IMG/VR virus record: IMGVR_UViG_3300020576_006994 | From: an uncultured virus (IMG/VR IMGVR_UViG_3300020576_006994) | Lineage: Duplodnaviria; Heunggongvirae; Uroviricota; Caudoviricetes | DNA length: 64,000 nt | Reading direction: 5' to 3' (one strand) | In this document: in pieces, positions 31,065 to 44,197 of the stretch | How positions within the stretch are numbered: position 1 is the first letter of the stretch | Layout of the letters: each line of letters opens with the position of its first letter | Notes under the pieces: model-generated | The model's database searches: none | The model's input: only the letters and a program-made list of their open reading frames with translations | What the model was told of the DNA's origin: nothing | Translations under genes and position numbers: made by a program

Positions 31065-33667
31065 ACCTAGCTTTCCTTTTTTGGTCCAAAAACCCACAAA
31101 TAATTTACCTAATGATCGAAAGGGGTCTGCTTATCAAGCACAAGCTCCTTCAACTGCTGAAGTCTTTCTTTTGATGGAGCTGAGTCGATTCCAAATCGCT
31201 TAAGTGAGATGTCGAGATCAGTGGGGGCAATCGATTCAAGCCACTTCTTATTAATTTCGTTGGCGTCATCAGTTGACTTAAAGAGATTTTTCATTTTATT
31301 CTCTTTAGTGTCGCTTGATTCGAACTCATTATTCCGCAATACATACGGAACGTAGTAATCTGGCTCTACGGCTGGATCAAAAGACGAATCCTAGAACGAA
31401 GTGCCGTGGTCAATATAATAGATCTCGGCGTCATTCATCATCACATTGTTGCCGTGACCATCTACGTCACCAAGGACGTACATCGCAGCCGCCATTCTGT
31501 GTGCCTTTCCGTTTCTAATATCTTGCCCAGCAACTGCCTCGTATCTGCGTGGATCTTCATCTTTTACTTCTGCAGCAAGCTTAAAATCTGGCGGCAACAT
31601 TCTGATTGCAACTGCCGGCTTCTTCTCTGTCTTCATATCGGCTTGTCCGAGAACGGCCTCAGGTACACAGTGAAGTCCAAAGACATTAAGAGCTGCGTCG
31701 TAAAATGCCTATTCTTTTGCAGTCTGAAATCCAGTTGCACGAGTAGACTTAACCTAAGACCTATTGGTTGGCTCGACCTTTACTAGCCATGACGAGTCGT
31801 CGCCGTGGGCAATAAAGCTTGAATGGGTGAAGTGACCAGCATTTGAAATATTTTCAAGACGGCCCTCTTTAATCTATTCGTTGACCTGTTTCTGCTAATC
31901 CGACTACTTATCAATCTACTCAAAGCCAACTACTGATTCTAGATCAGCATTTGACTCGGCCTTCTTTAGATCAAGTGTCTTTTTTTGCTCAAGCTTTGGC
32001 TGAATCTCTTGCAGGCGCTTATATTTGGCATATTTCTGCACATATTCATGTTGCTAAATAACTTCTGGGTCAGCTTTATGAGCTGCTGTGATTCCTTGAT
32101 TCCAGGCATACACGGCACGATTTAGATCATTAGGAAACTGTCTACGAATTCTATTCCAGTGAGCATTCGCAACTTCCTTTAAAGCATCCGGCTTCTGCTT
32201 AAAAAACTAATGAATCTTATCGTGGTCGGTTTTATAATTAAGCTGTGCAACGCCTGGATACTTAGACCTCAAGCTTGGGTTTGCCTTAATGGTCTCAATT
32301 GCAGTGAGGGGCATAACACCAACGCTTCCCATGGCACGAGTTCCGGCATTGAGGCCGTAGTTAACCTGTGGATGGTTGGTATTTTTGTTGCCGCTGCTCT
32401 CGATCATCTTAATCGGCTTAAGCTCTGGATGAACCTGAACAGATTCTGGCCTTGCCTGCTCAATATGAGCAGGGGTGGGCGGCTGATGCTGAGTTTGCGC
32501 AACATTCGACGGAACGCCCATCATCGCAAGTGCAGTTACGAACTATGCCTTGCGATCTGATTTGAGGAGTTTATTGTAGTGAGATTGCGCAAACGGGCTG
32601 GCCTTAAATGTATGATACGAGTGCTCTCTGGCGTCAACGATGTTATCACTATCAACGTGAAGGTGCCCTTCAGGGTGATGAACAACATACTCATTCTCAA
32701 CAAAATTAGCCCTGAGCCCAGGAGTCGGACTGAAGCTCCTCTACGAAAGAAGCTGGCTTATCGGAACCTTTGTTTTAATGATCTATGCCGGCCCACTGTG
32801 CCTGTTCCCTTGATCATCAATATTAGAGAATTCATGAGCAACGTCTGGATTCGAGGTCCATGATGCAAGTGACGATATTGGTATTTTTAATGTCTTGCCC
32901 TATTGCTTTGCATTTAAGATCTACTCAGCATAAGGTCCACGAACTGCCCGGAATAGCTCGACATGGTCGCTTGGTTTCCCGTGAAGCTGAAGGTAATTTT
33001 GAACCATTGCTTGAGTTTTATGTGCATGCTCTTTTAAGGCCGGGATCGCTGAGTGGTCGGGCTCGCCTGAAACTCCATTTCTAAACGAAACGCTTTCGAC
33101 TGTAGGATCGGTGAACTACTTTATTGTCTAGACATGGTGTGGTTTTGGAGTGTTATAGAATGACTCCCAGAACCTTCGTGCAGGTACAGTTTTTGCTGTT
33201 TCCTCTGGAAGCATGATTTCAGCATGGGCCGAATGCGTACCATACATGGTATGCCTTAAGACGTAATTTAGATTATCGTGGTCGTGCTTGTCAGCTCCGT
33301 CAAGGGCTGGATCTAGCTTCATGCCATGCACAATATCAAGCTTAACGAGGCTGTTGATATGATGTTCGTTGTCTTGTTCGTGCGGCAAAAGGTCTGTTTT
33401 CTCTGGCGCTTCGTGGATTTTATCCATCCATGCATTTAGATAGGACTTAAGGGCATGGTTACCAGACAAGCCCTAGTTGTAGGCACTGCGATAGGCGGTA
33501 AGCTTGGCCGTATTTTTCTCTGAGGGCGACAGCCCGTGCTTTTTTGCAATGTCTTCAATTCCAGACTCAATCTAATTTACAGCGCCAATGTGATCATTTT
33601 TCGGCAAATGATCGTTGTAAACCTTACTAACAAGCTGATGGTATTCAGGCGGAAGCTCACGAATCAT
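31061..33667 (-). CDS. Polyvalent protein: ADP-ribosyltransferase + lytic transglycosylase-like + PI3/4-kinase/HipA-like kinase (868 aa)
   Basis: One frame through many TAG. ART: ELFRAV...ASWTSNPDVAHEF...ENEYVV. Transglycosylase: MIESSG...AMGSVGVMP...AVYAWNQG. Kinase: WLVK...KE*AFY...DVDGHGNNVM...IDHG. Confidence 0.75.
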
Positions 33668-35247
33668 TTTTCTTCCTCCTGTCCACGCCTAAACGGCCTG
33701 ATATTATCGTAGACATGCTGATCGTGAATGTCTACTGTAATAATTTCACTTTCAAGTTTCTATTTTAGCCTCTAGAGCTTTCCTGAATCGTCTGACTTTT
33801 TAGTCGGTCGACTATATAGACGCATCAAATCTCTTGGCGAGAGGAGCGTCTCGCCGGATCTTGCATTAATTCTTGAATCAATACTTGGAACGCTAGCGTT
33901 AGCTTGAGGATGGGCATTCTTGAAGTCAGACAGAGTTACGCGCTGATATTTTCCAGGCTTAACTATAACTTCTTTTTCGTTTGCAAATTCAGCTTCACCC
34001 ATCGGCTTTTCATGATGCTGAGGGTTAAATCCCATTTTGTTTTCTTCATCAAACGGATGAGTGCCAGCTCTCGTGCCAATGACGGCACCGTGCATAAATG
34101 GCACCGAATGAATACTTGACATCGGAATCCATGCAGCAAAAAAACCACGCCTTACCGCATCGTCGAGTGGTCCTCGATTTGCAACGTTATGATCCGAATG
34201 GTCCTGCCTGAAGGCGACTGCAACATCATGCTTTGGAGTCCACGAAGACGCCTGCTTATGCTCTATATGATGCTTCTTTTTCTAAGCCTTAGCCTCTTCA
34301 TCAGAGGCTCCACGGAAAAGCATTACGTGAGGCTCGCCATTGATCATTTTGACCTATGTGCTACCCATGAGTTTATTAAGGGCTCGTTTTCTTGCATGTG
34401 GGTCTTTCGTCTATGGAACGCCTTCGCGAAGAGCCTAAGTACTCTCGTATCGTTCGTCAGACCCGCCAACTGTCCATCTTGCGGTAGAGAACTAGTCTTC
34501 TGGGGCCATATCCTGTGGATTAAAACCAAACAGGCGCTTCATGGCTCCCTTCTATAAAATCTCTTCTGACTTTTCTAGATCGAGGGGTCGCAGGCTCCAT
34601 AAGATTTTATCGGCCTGGACAAGAACGTAGTTTACAATTGGAATATCAACGACATCAGTGTTTGCATTGACAGTGACATGTGGCTTGTACTCTGGCCACT
34701 TATCCTCTTCCAGCTCATCAAGTTTGTTTTTAAGGTCGATTAGAAACTTTTCGCTCGATGCCGGCCTCAGGACCCTGATATCACCCTCTTCTCCAAAGAA
34801 CTCCTCTTTGTCAAAAACCTCACGAATATCCTCGAAGGGGTGCTGATCAAAATACTCTTCAAGAATTTCAATGACTTTTTCTTTGTCATCAAATGGCTTA
34901 AAGTATTTATGGGTGACATGAAGAATCTCTGGGTGATCGATCCCATCAAATAAGAACATGCAGCAGAGCCCGGAGTGCTCTGATTTTTCCAGATCATTCT
35001 CCATTTGGCTTTCCATGTCACTTAAATACTTGTAATAACTTGGATTTTCAGACAGGTGGTCCATTGCAACTTCTTTTGCAATTTGTGGATCATCCGTGTG
35101 CTCCATTTCGACACGAATACCCTCTTCAAGATCGTCTTGGTCAAAGTCAGCTGGGGTCTTATCGTCCGCAAGCCCGCCCTCCAAGTGATCTTCCCACTCA
35201 GAATCGGCCTGGAGCTTTGAAATGTGATCAAAAAGGCTGCTTGACAC
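33664..35247 (-). CDS. Polyvalent protein: DUF5661-like + 2H phosphoesterase + ADP-ribosyltransferase (527 aa)
   Basis: GIRVEMEHT...AKEVAMDHLSENPSYY; two HVT motifs (LHVTH, PHVTV); LFRG...SSWTP...WIP...EKEVIV; domains separated by LEKSE. Confidence 0.75.
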
Positions 35248-35369
35248 AAATATCCCTTCTTAGGGTCTATACTCAATTTACCACAAAGCAGAACTGTGGT
35301 AAAGATGTAAATTACCTACCCGGCCAAACCTGCGAAAATTGCTTATTTCTTAGTGGTTTCAGGCACATA

Positions 35370-36836
35370 TTATTCCTTTACTGGTCGACTCTATGCAATC
35401 TTTCCAGATTCTTCGCTGATCGGCTCAGATTGAATTCCGACATCCTCTGGCCTTACTTTTTTGGTCCACTTAAGAGCTTTTTTATAACCAGCCTTAAGAC
35501 TGTTGATATGCTGCCTAGCGTCCTATCCAGCATATTTTTCAAAAGCCTCTCTTTTTCTAGGATTAACTAAGATATCTCTTGCATGCGCCAAGATCTCTTC
35601 GTTAAAATGATCACTTTTTGGCTTATACCCCATTCGATCAGCAATAAACATTCCAACTTTAGATAGAGCATTCATGTCGAACTGCTCAAGAAGCTTACCC
35701 TGTATCTTTCTTGCGACTTGTCTTCCGTAATGATGCTCAACCTGGTCCATTAAATTATGAAGGGCTTCATGTTCAACTGTTGCATCTGTTTGCTTGCCGC
35801 GAATCTACTGTGCTGCAGGAGATAGATCTTCAGTCGACACCTTCTTTCTTGACGGCTAACGCGGAAGCTTTGGCCTAGTTGGCTTTTGAAGCATGTGCCT
35901 AAAATAGGCCTTCCTGCCTGGATCATTTTCATCTTTTGGATTAGTTATTTTTCTCGAGAGCTCATCGGCTTTATATCGCCAAACCATATAACGCTTGTTG
36001 TAATCCTCTACAACCTAATTCCTCTTCTCTCTGTGTGCGTCCATCTTTTCTTTGTGTTCGTCGTCAGGAGCTTCGAACTTAGACTGAAGCTATCCACCAA
36101 CAGCAGCTGCATATGATCTTTTCTGCGGCTATACCTGGGCATTCAATCCAAGAGTGTTTCTGCTAAAAAGGCCTTCCAGGTATTTTGCTTCTTTATCTCT
36201 CGTTGCTTGCTGAGACATAAGCTTTGTACCCTCAGAGACAACTTTAAGATTTTGATCCATTTGTGTGTATGGAACTACTTTATCTCGATTTCTTGCTTGA
36301 GCAACTTTACGACCGAACAGTTTCTTCTGTCTTGGAGTCGTCATAACCTGAACGTCTTGATCTGGGCGCGTTGATACCTTGGGAAAGTTAGGAAACCTAA
36401 TCTTCGGCTACGACATTTTCTCAAGGCTATCTGATGGCCGATCAAGATCTATCAGTGCGACCTGAGGATTAATTCCGTGAATAAAGGCCTAGTCCATTCT
36501 GGTATTGCCAGACAAAATCGACATATTGCCGTTATGCTTAATTACGATTGGATGCGGAAGCGGGCTGCCTGAGTGTAGGCCATCGACGATGCTATCAACA
36601 TCTCTTGGGTAGTTGTACCCAGACACAAGATCTTTTAGGTCATCGATAGATTTCGTGTGACTTCTATTTCCAATGTGCTGATCAATCTCTGGTGTAATCT
36701 CTACAATCTCTGCATTTTTTACAGAATCAGTAAAGTGCTGTTTTGTTGGGAAAAGGCCGGTGTGATGCCAATGGCGCTTGTATTCCCAGTTGTATTCATT
36801 CTCAATATCTTGATCTGAATTTGGCTTCCAGCTCAT
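35370..36836 (-). CDS. Polyvalent protein: ParB-like nuclease + zincin-like metallopeptidase (488 aa)
   Basis: PHPIVI...ILSGNTRMD*A; VEHEALH...NEEILA; single frame through TAG ending at TAA 35370. Confidence 0.7.
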
Positions 36837-37372
36837 TGATGCCTCGGATGTTTTTTGTAGAAAACTGCATGTCGCTCGGTGGTAAAAGGCTGCCCAAACT
36901 CTGCATGGAATTCTGGATCTTGATGGATTTTTTTATAAACCTATTCCTATGATGGACTAAGGTATTGGTCAGAGAAGATGGTGCCGTGATGCTTCGCCTA
37001 TTCTTTATACAGCTGAGTACCGAGACCCATGCCTTTGTGAGTCTGCCTAATGACGGATAGACCAATCTCTAAACCGTCGCCATCATCAACTCCACGAATT
37101 TCTGCAAAACCTTTGTGGAACGGATGGGGTGACTCAGATAGGACATGACGGAACAAAGGCTTGTTGTTTACCTTAAAGACGTGATGGTGATAGGTGTTTC
37201 CGCCGTTATTGATTTTCGATGAATGAGTCCATGCCTCGCCTTCTTGCATGGGCTCAATTTGCTTTGCTGCATTTTCAGCAAACTCGCTAGCGTCGCCTGG
37301 CTACAGCATGGTCTAAATCGGAGCCTTCTCTAAGGACTCTATGGGCGAATTATCCTGCGATTTCTTGCTCAT
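36833..37372 (-). CDS. GNAT acetyltransferase-domain protein (179 aa, 5 TAG)
   Basis: HKGMGLGTQLY acetyl-CoA motif; paralogous to two GNAT domains in 39213-42548; TGA overlaps the next ATG. Confidence 0.75.
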
Positions 37373-37598
37373 TCTTTTGCTCCATATGTGCCACTAACGG
37401 ACACTGGACATGAACGATCTCAGTTGCCGGATTCAGAAGATGGCCGACTCTTTTCAAAATATAACCAGTCTCTTCCGGAGTATAAACCTCGGCTAAATCC
37501 ATTCCCATCCCATACTGTACACACAGCTGGACTAATTCCTGGTCTGTCATTTTGCTCAGTTTTTCCAAGGTTTTCTCCCTTTTTAAAGCTGAAATCAA
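37350..37598 (-). CDS. Small hypothetical protein (start uncertain)
   Basis: Protein-like ORF with GGGAGA before an internal TTG; overlaps the tail of the upstream read-through gene. Confidence 0.4.
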   Translation of the reverse strand: MISALKREKTLEKLSKMTDQELVQLCVQYGMGMDLAEVYTPEETGYILKRVGHLLNPATEIVHVQCPLVAHMEQKNEQEIAG

Positions 37599-39216
37599 TC
37601 TTCTATCCTGAGTTTACACCCTGACTATGGCTTTGTCTAGTTATTTTAAGATGATTGGGGTCAGATGTATCCAGTGTGATATCTGGGTCATTGTGAATCA
37701 GGCTCTTTATGTGCCTAGCCCTTAGTTTCTGGACCCCTCTGTCTTGAGTTGGGACAAAGTGTCTATTTGGGTCCCTTGCGACAGACTTGATCATTCCGGC
37801 AAGGACGTCTCGATGTGACTCAGGTACTCTTTGTAGGAGTGATTGTATCTTTTTGGGATCATTAATAATTCGATCATTATTATCGGCAACGGCCTTGGTT
37901 GAGTGCCACATGACGGTTCCACTTGGATGCTTTTTAGCGATGTGGTGTCCATTTGGATGGAGCTCGCCTTCATACTGCGGAGCAGCCTTATCGAGATCTT
38001 CTTGGAAGACTGACTCGTCGATTATGGCTTTCTTAACAGGCTTACGCTGCATTCTGTCCGCATTCTGAACCATCTTGTCCGCATCGCGCATTTTAGCTTC
38101 AATAATGGCTTGATCAAGTTCGTCCTGATGATGTTCATTGCCAGACGCCATAACGCCGTGATCGCGCTTGATTTGCTCCAGGCGTTTATATCCGGTGAAC
38201 TTAGATGGAGTTTTAGTAGATTTGCTGAGATTCTCAGACTTATAAATCCTATTTCTCAAGTCCTCAAAGTGCTTCGGAGTTACAGGTTCTTCAGTTTCGG
38301 GTCTGTGCTAATGAAAAAGCTACACGACGTTATTCATGGACGGATGTTTGGAATTAGTAAATCCATGATATCCAGAATCACGAATCTAGCCAAGAAGCTC
38401 GTCTCGAGTTACCTGTCCTGGGTTTACTTGCCGCTGAAGCGAAGACTCGTACAGCTTCTTTCCGATTTGATCTGGATCGGTTGCCAAATCATAGATTTTA
38501 TGATCAGGCGTCAAGGTTTTTGTGTAGATTGACTTCTAGCCCTGAGTAACTACGCTTTCTGGTTCAGTACCGGATTTATACCAATACGAAGCTCTTACGT
38601 CCGGAACGCCTTGCTTATTTTCTTGCCCTTTAGCTCCGGTGCCTTGCTTATTTGGATCGATAATGTCGAGCCCTGGAGTTACAGAGTAATGAACCAGCTT
38701 CTGATGACCTTCAGGTACAGAGTCTTTCTGAAGCGATGTGTCTTTATCTGGTCGCAAAAGGTCATTTATTTCATACGATTCAGGCTGATCATTGAACTTT
38801 ATACTTACGTGCGAACCGCTAGGGGTCGTCACATATGGTTTTTTAGTTGGAGGCTGCGCATATTCTTCGTAATGCTGAGCGGTTAATTTCTTGCCCGCGA
38901 GTGGTCCGTTTAGATAAAGCATGTGCCACTTGTCACCGTGACGAAGAATTGCCGACTCCTGACCTTGTTTCTGAGCAAGATCTAGGTGAGTCTTAATGTC
39001 CTGATCCGATGGATCTTTTAGTGCGACGGTATCTTCTTTGTAATGAATGCCCTGTTCTGGGTCCTGATACTAGCCAACAGTTCTGTGATGTGGAATGCCC
39101 TTGCTGATTAAGCGATCAACGAGGTCGCTTGTTGAATTAATCCCTTCATACCCAGGCTTCTGGAAATAAGGCTGATCGAGAGTGAAGATAAGGTGTCGGT
39201 CTCCGAATTTCTTCAT
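37420..39216 (-). CDS. Polyvalent protein including a probable ART-like domain (about 598 aa)
   Basis: ATG overlaps the upstream TGA; GQESAIL domain; LVHYS...IDPNKQGTG...SYWY...SGYHG; LQKD, YKSE, LSKS and LDKA linkers. C-terminal end is uncertain. Confidence 0.6.
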
Positions 39217-42200
39217 TTTGGCTTTACCTCTGGAAACGCCTCTTTATCATCAAGCTGGCCAGTCACTTGGGCCTTAAATGGCTCATGAGGCGAGTCTGGA
39301 TTCATTCCTTCATTAATCCAGTTCTAGTACTCTTCGTTGGTTAAATAAGGAGCTGGGCGATAGTCTACATTATTCATAGCACCTAGGCGCTACCACTGAT
39401 GAGCGGCGGCTGGAGAAACTAAGGTGTCTGACTCTAATTGGCCATGATGCCTTAGGGCGGCTGAATAAAGCGACTTGCCGTAGTTGCGGCCTTGTTCTTC
39501 TGATGATACCTGGGAATCTCTAACTTGATTATTTACGACAGTAAGAGTGCCGACGAGTTTATCTTTGTCATAAAGCTCGTGAATGGTCTTTTGATCTCCA
39601 TGGAGTATTTTGTGCGTAAGGCCGTTTGGAAGGGCTTGTGTAGTTTTTTCATTTACGAATGGCTTTTCTTCAGATGTCTTTACTTGCTGTGGGTGATTGA
39701 AAAGTTCGCCTTCGTATTTGATTGGGGCTTTATTAAGGGTTGTTTTTTGAAATTCAGTTGCGGTCAGCTTTCTTTGCCGTCCAAAACCGACCGCTGAGTC
39801 ATGAAAAGTATTTTTGGGCTTTGATATCCGCTTCTTCAGCCTGTCGCGAATCGAAGGTTGAGAAATGGAAAGAGAGTATTTCTCAGGATTACTCTCAATT
39901 TGAAATCTGTGGGGCCTTACTATAACCTCGTGCTCGTCTGAACGCATAGGTTTTTTGGCGATGGCCCCTAGCTCCCATTCGTTTTGGTTATAATCCTTCG
40001 ATTTTGTACCAATAGAGTTTGGAATGTGATGTATCTGAGATTCAGGTACCCAGGCTGAGTGTACATGGGGTTTAGAAAAATCCAGCGGAATGCCATAATT
40101 TTTCTCGTGTTCTCTAGAGTCGGAGTGATTCTCTGCATGAAGATAGTCTTCGGCAAAGTTTTGAGCTATCTTAAAAATAGGAGTCCACGATGAAAGCTAG
40201 CCGGGCGACCCGCTGGATATGAAGAATTGTGATTGAGAAGGTCTCATTCCGCGATGTAAGAGAAACTCTCGCTCCCCCGTGCTTGGATTTCTGCGGCTTG
40301 CAGTCAGCGAATGTAATTTGTTCATGCCTCTTAGCAGGCTGTTCTTTGGGGCGCGTGGAACTTTGTCAGGGTTATGAGCGTTGTAGCCACCAACCCACTC
40401 CTCGAGTGGCCTTCTGTGTGAATCGGACACATCATTTGGGTTAAATGGGGCCAAGCGTCGCATGGCGCCTTTAATCAGCTCAGACTTTCCAAACGGAATA
40501 GACTTAACCTGTTTGCCCCTAAAGGCAATCAGCATTCCATTCTGTTTATTGTGAATGCCGTCAAAACCAGCCTACTGAATTAGCTTATTGATAATGTCGT
40601 ATTGTGAATTTGGGTGCTGTAATTTATGCTTAGCCCAGAAGTCTGACTTTCGCGACTGCTCATTCCAGCCAAGGGATTCTCTATCTGAAAGCATCTCATG
40701 GTAGTCTATTGGATTTTCTGGATCATCATCAATAGCTTTCATTCTATCAAATGCGCCCGGATATCCCGCCACTTCTGCCACTTTATTTGCGTGATCTGGG
40801 TTGTGGATGTCAAATGGATTCTTAATGTCCATATCCACGCGCTTTACATGTGGCTAAATACCTAGTTTTTCAGATAGGTAATTTTCCTCATGTGGCTTAA
40901 TTACGTCAGAATTGAATTTGTCGTAATTTGGATGACCATAATCCCTGGAATCCTTGAGTCCGTAATGTCTTGCGTGACTGTCTAGCTTTTTATTGAATTG
41001 CTTATCAGCTCGCATAGCTGTGTACGCCGCAGCATCTTCATCACGACGCGACGCTTGGGGGCCAGCATAGTCAGACGCCTCTTTTGGGTCTGTGCTTGCA
41101 TAGATGCCAGTGCCGTAATTAAGGACGGGACCGGACTTCTTTGGAAGCTTAAACCTGTCAAAAATTCGAACAGTGCCGTGATAGGCTTTAATTTTCTCAA
41201 GGTCTTCGCTGGCGGCAAGTTTTTTAGGCTTTTTATAAAAAGCAACATGCGGACTGTCAGCGGCCTCGCTTGCATCGTCTGGATTTAATTCAGTGTCGCC
41301 ATCAAACTCAGTACCCATTTCAACTTTAGCACCTGGATACTGAGACAGTTTCTTCCATGATCTATTCTCTGCAGGAGACACTACGCTGTCTGACTCCATG
41401 GACCCATGATGCTGTAGGGCAAGCTGCTTTAATTTAGTGCCCAGACCCATGCCCTGATGCTCTGGCTCAGTAGCGGTATAAGTCGCAACATACTTGCCCT
41501 TAGTTCCGTCTATTTTTGGATCTAGTGTGTGACCAACAATTATCGACTTCGGGTATTCAGGATTGCCATCACTTAAAGAATGAATAAATCCACTTTTAGA
41601 GCCGCGCATTTTGTAAGTGTGGTGAAAGAGTCCATCGCCGATATCTTTAGTTGTAAGGTCGCTGTGATAATTTGGATCAAAAGCATTGTCGTCTAGTTTT
41701 GTACCCGCAAAATCTTCATCCTGTTCATAAATGATGGGAGCCTTCTTAAGTTCACTTGCAGCCAGTCTATCTCCAGTAAAGAACGACTCATCAATCCCTT
41801 TCTACGACTGAGCAAATCGCTTGAACCCGCCCTTAAGGTCCTAGTCCAAAGCGCGCATTTCATGCTCTGGCATGCCTTCAAAAGCATATTCACGCTGAGG
41901 CTTTCCAGAAAGCGTATTGTGCATGTAATTAGCGATCTCTTCTTTGAGTGCCAATGAGTCTACGCTTGGGTAATGACTCTAGTATTTTTTGTAAAAATGC
42001 CTAACGGTTTCCGGCTTGAAGTTAGACAGGATGTGATCAAGGAATTTTTCCTTGCCTTCCTTTCCATACTTCTTTTCAATCGCATGGAACACAAGGTGGT
42101 TGCCTTCGTGTTCGCGGACTTTCTATTCAAGGTCTGGACGATTTTCGTTAGTTTTTACGTGACCAACAAAAGCATGCTTGCTTGGCGTAGATGCCACAGC

Positions 42201-42548
42201 GCCACCGCTAAAACTTCTAGTTAGGTTACTTAACAGCTATTCTTTGTGTTTGTCTGGGTGTTGGCGCCGCCAGAACTAGAGATCTTTTTCTGAGCTTCCA
42301 GGAGTGAGCGCCTCAGCTCTGAACTTGCCCTACAGTTTCTAAAACTGACCACCAATCTTAGGGTCATCACCTGGCTGACGATTTTTATAGTCGATTACGT
42401 CCGCATCAGAAATCGGAACCACTTCCTAGGTCCTATCGCGATCTGCGCCTGGAACGTTAGGCAAAAGGATGCCTGGTTGCTTTTTTTCAAGCTCCTGCTG
42501 TACCTTCTTTAAAATTGCCGCCTTAATGAGCGATTGTAGTTTCGACAT
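39213..42548 (-). CDS. Polyvalent protein: zincin - GNAT - ART (YHGT type) - ART (R-S-E type) - GNAT (1111 aa)
   Basis: Single frame through TAG: REHEGNH...KEEIA; HQGMGLGTKL; AYHGT...GTGIYAST...AGFDGI; LLHRGM...SSWTP...EHEVIV; EQGRNYGKSLY. Confidence 0.75.
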
Positions 42549-42552
42549 AGCA

Positions 42553-43434
42553 TTAAATGTTTGACATCATAATCTTATTGCTGTAATACGCACTTATAAG
42601 AGACTCAAGCTACGCTTTTTGCTCTTTAAGATCTTGTAGCCTAGCTGCCATCCATTGTGGACCGGCTGAACCGAGACCTTGGCTTGCGCCATCGATCCCA
42701 ATGGATTTCGAGTTATACTTATTTGTTGGAGCGATCATAGATAGGACGCGGATTGCTGCTTCGATTCCGATCAATTCATTGATTGTCTCTGGAATTCCGC
42801 CATCTTTAAATCCGCATGTAAATTTAACAAACCAGTACCCCTAAATCATGTTTAATGAGCTGAGCGCAATGAATAGCGGCGCATAAGGACTTGAAGCCGG
42901 GCTTCCACCAACAAGCGAAGCTCCAGTATATGTAGTCTGAACAGGCGCTAGGTGCAGAAGTCCTTTATGAGCCATCGACAGGTCAATCCACTCAAGCGGA
43001 AGCTTAAACAACATCGACCCTTCGCCGTTTCCAACCTGAACACCCTGAACCGTCGATGTTGAGTTTGAGGATCTAATGCTCCACTCCTCAACAGAAAGAA
43101 TGTTTGCTCTGCCGACATCTAGCTGATTCCAGCCCTGAGTAAACTTAGTTCTGTCGTACATGATTTTCATCGATCTCTGAACTGGAGAGATGTCAATTTT
43201 ACATTTAAGCTCGACAGCAGCTGCTGATTTTGCAATGATACTTTTGATAGTGTCGTCGCTCATCGTTTGATTAGTTAAAGGGCTCTTAAGCGGAATACCG
43301 AACAGAAACTCATTCTTTAGCCGCTCTGGCGTAAGCATTGGAGCTACGCGAGTGAACCCGGCAGCTCCGCCTTCGGTAGCAAGCAGCGGGTAGTTTCCAG
43401 AAACTGGATTTTTTGTATTTGAATAGTCAGACAT
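42553..43434 (-). CDS. Putative head-tail adaptor/neck protein (293 aa, 2 TAG)
   Basis: LTPERLKNEFLFGIPL, *GYWFVKFTCGF...IPETINELIG, SIGIDGASQ; neck-protein-like pattern and synteny. Confidence 0.65.
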
Positions 43435-43448
43435 TTATGTCTCCGGTA

Positions 43449-43856
43449 TCAGCACTGATACGGTGATGACGAATCGGCAATGATAGTTTGCTTGCCATTT
43501 GCTTTTTTGATGGACGTGCCTTCTGTTAGGGTAACAAGAAGATCCATCTATCCAAGTTGTGCAGTCTCTGTTGAGTTCAAGGTGATCTGCCAAACAGAGG
43601 CATCTTGTGCAAATGGCTGTGATGCAACCTTAGTGAGCACGTTGGCGGAATTGTTTGACTGAATGGTCACGGATAGCGTTGCGCCTGTGGCCGGCATGTA
43701 TCTATTTCCAATTCGATTAGATTCAGAAACAGTTGTAAGATCTACAAGCTGCATAATTACTGTTGCCGTTTCGCCAGGAGATACTTCGATCTGATTCAAG
43801 TGCATCAGATTATTCAGTGTTGAATTTGAATTAAGGACTCTTACGCCTAGTTTCAT
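43449..43856 (-). CDS. Hypothetical structural protein (135 aa, 1 TAG)
   Basis: Beta-rich frame continues past the TAG at 43548 to the TGA at 43449. Confidence 0.6.
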
Positions 43857-44149
43857 TGCATTGCTCCTAAAGATTTAAGGACGAGGCTCACCAGGGTTCC
43901 AGCCGATGCCGTAACGATGGCCATCAAGAGCTTGGTCTGTAGTTTATTGTTTTGAGAAAGGCTCTCAAGTTGCTTTGTGTGATGATCTTCTTGAGTCTCA
44001 AGGTAGATGATCTTGCCAGAAAGCAGCTCATTTGATTTTGTAATGGCCTGAAGGATTTCGTCATATTTGTCAATTCGACGCTCGAGCGACTCCACTTGGT
44101 GCTCTAAAACCGCTACAGACTTACCTAGCTTTTCAATGGTATCAGACAC
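43853..44149 (-). CDS. Coiled-coil protein with a C-terminal transmembrane helix (XhlA/holin-like)
   Basis: Heptad pattern followed by LLMAIVTASAGTLVSLVL; promoter motif at 44183-44201. Confidence 0.5.
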   Translation of the reverse strand: MSDTIEKLGKSVAVLEHQVESLERRIDKYDEILQAITKSNELLSGKIIYLETQEDHHTKQLESLSQNNKLQTKLLMAIVTASAGTLVSLVLKSLGAMQ

Positions 44150-44197
44150 AGAAAACCCCTAAAAATAGAGCTAAGTAGATAGAATTACTTAATAAGA

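Noticed and set aside
35277..35303. Inverted repeat TTTACCACA...TGTGGTAAA upstream of the gene starting at 35247
   Set aside because: It is a single instance without a clear U-tract; it could be an operator or RNA hairpin, but there is no further support.
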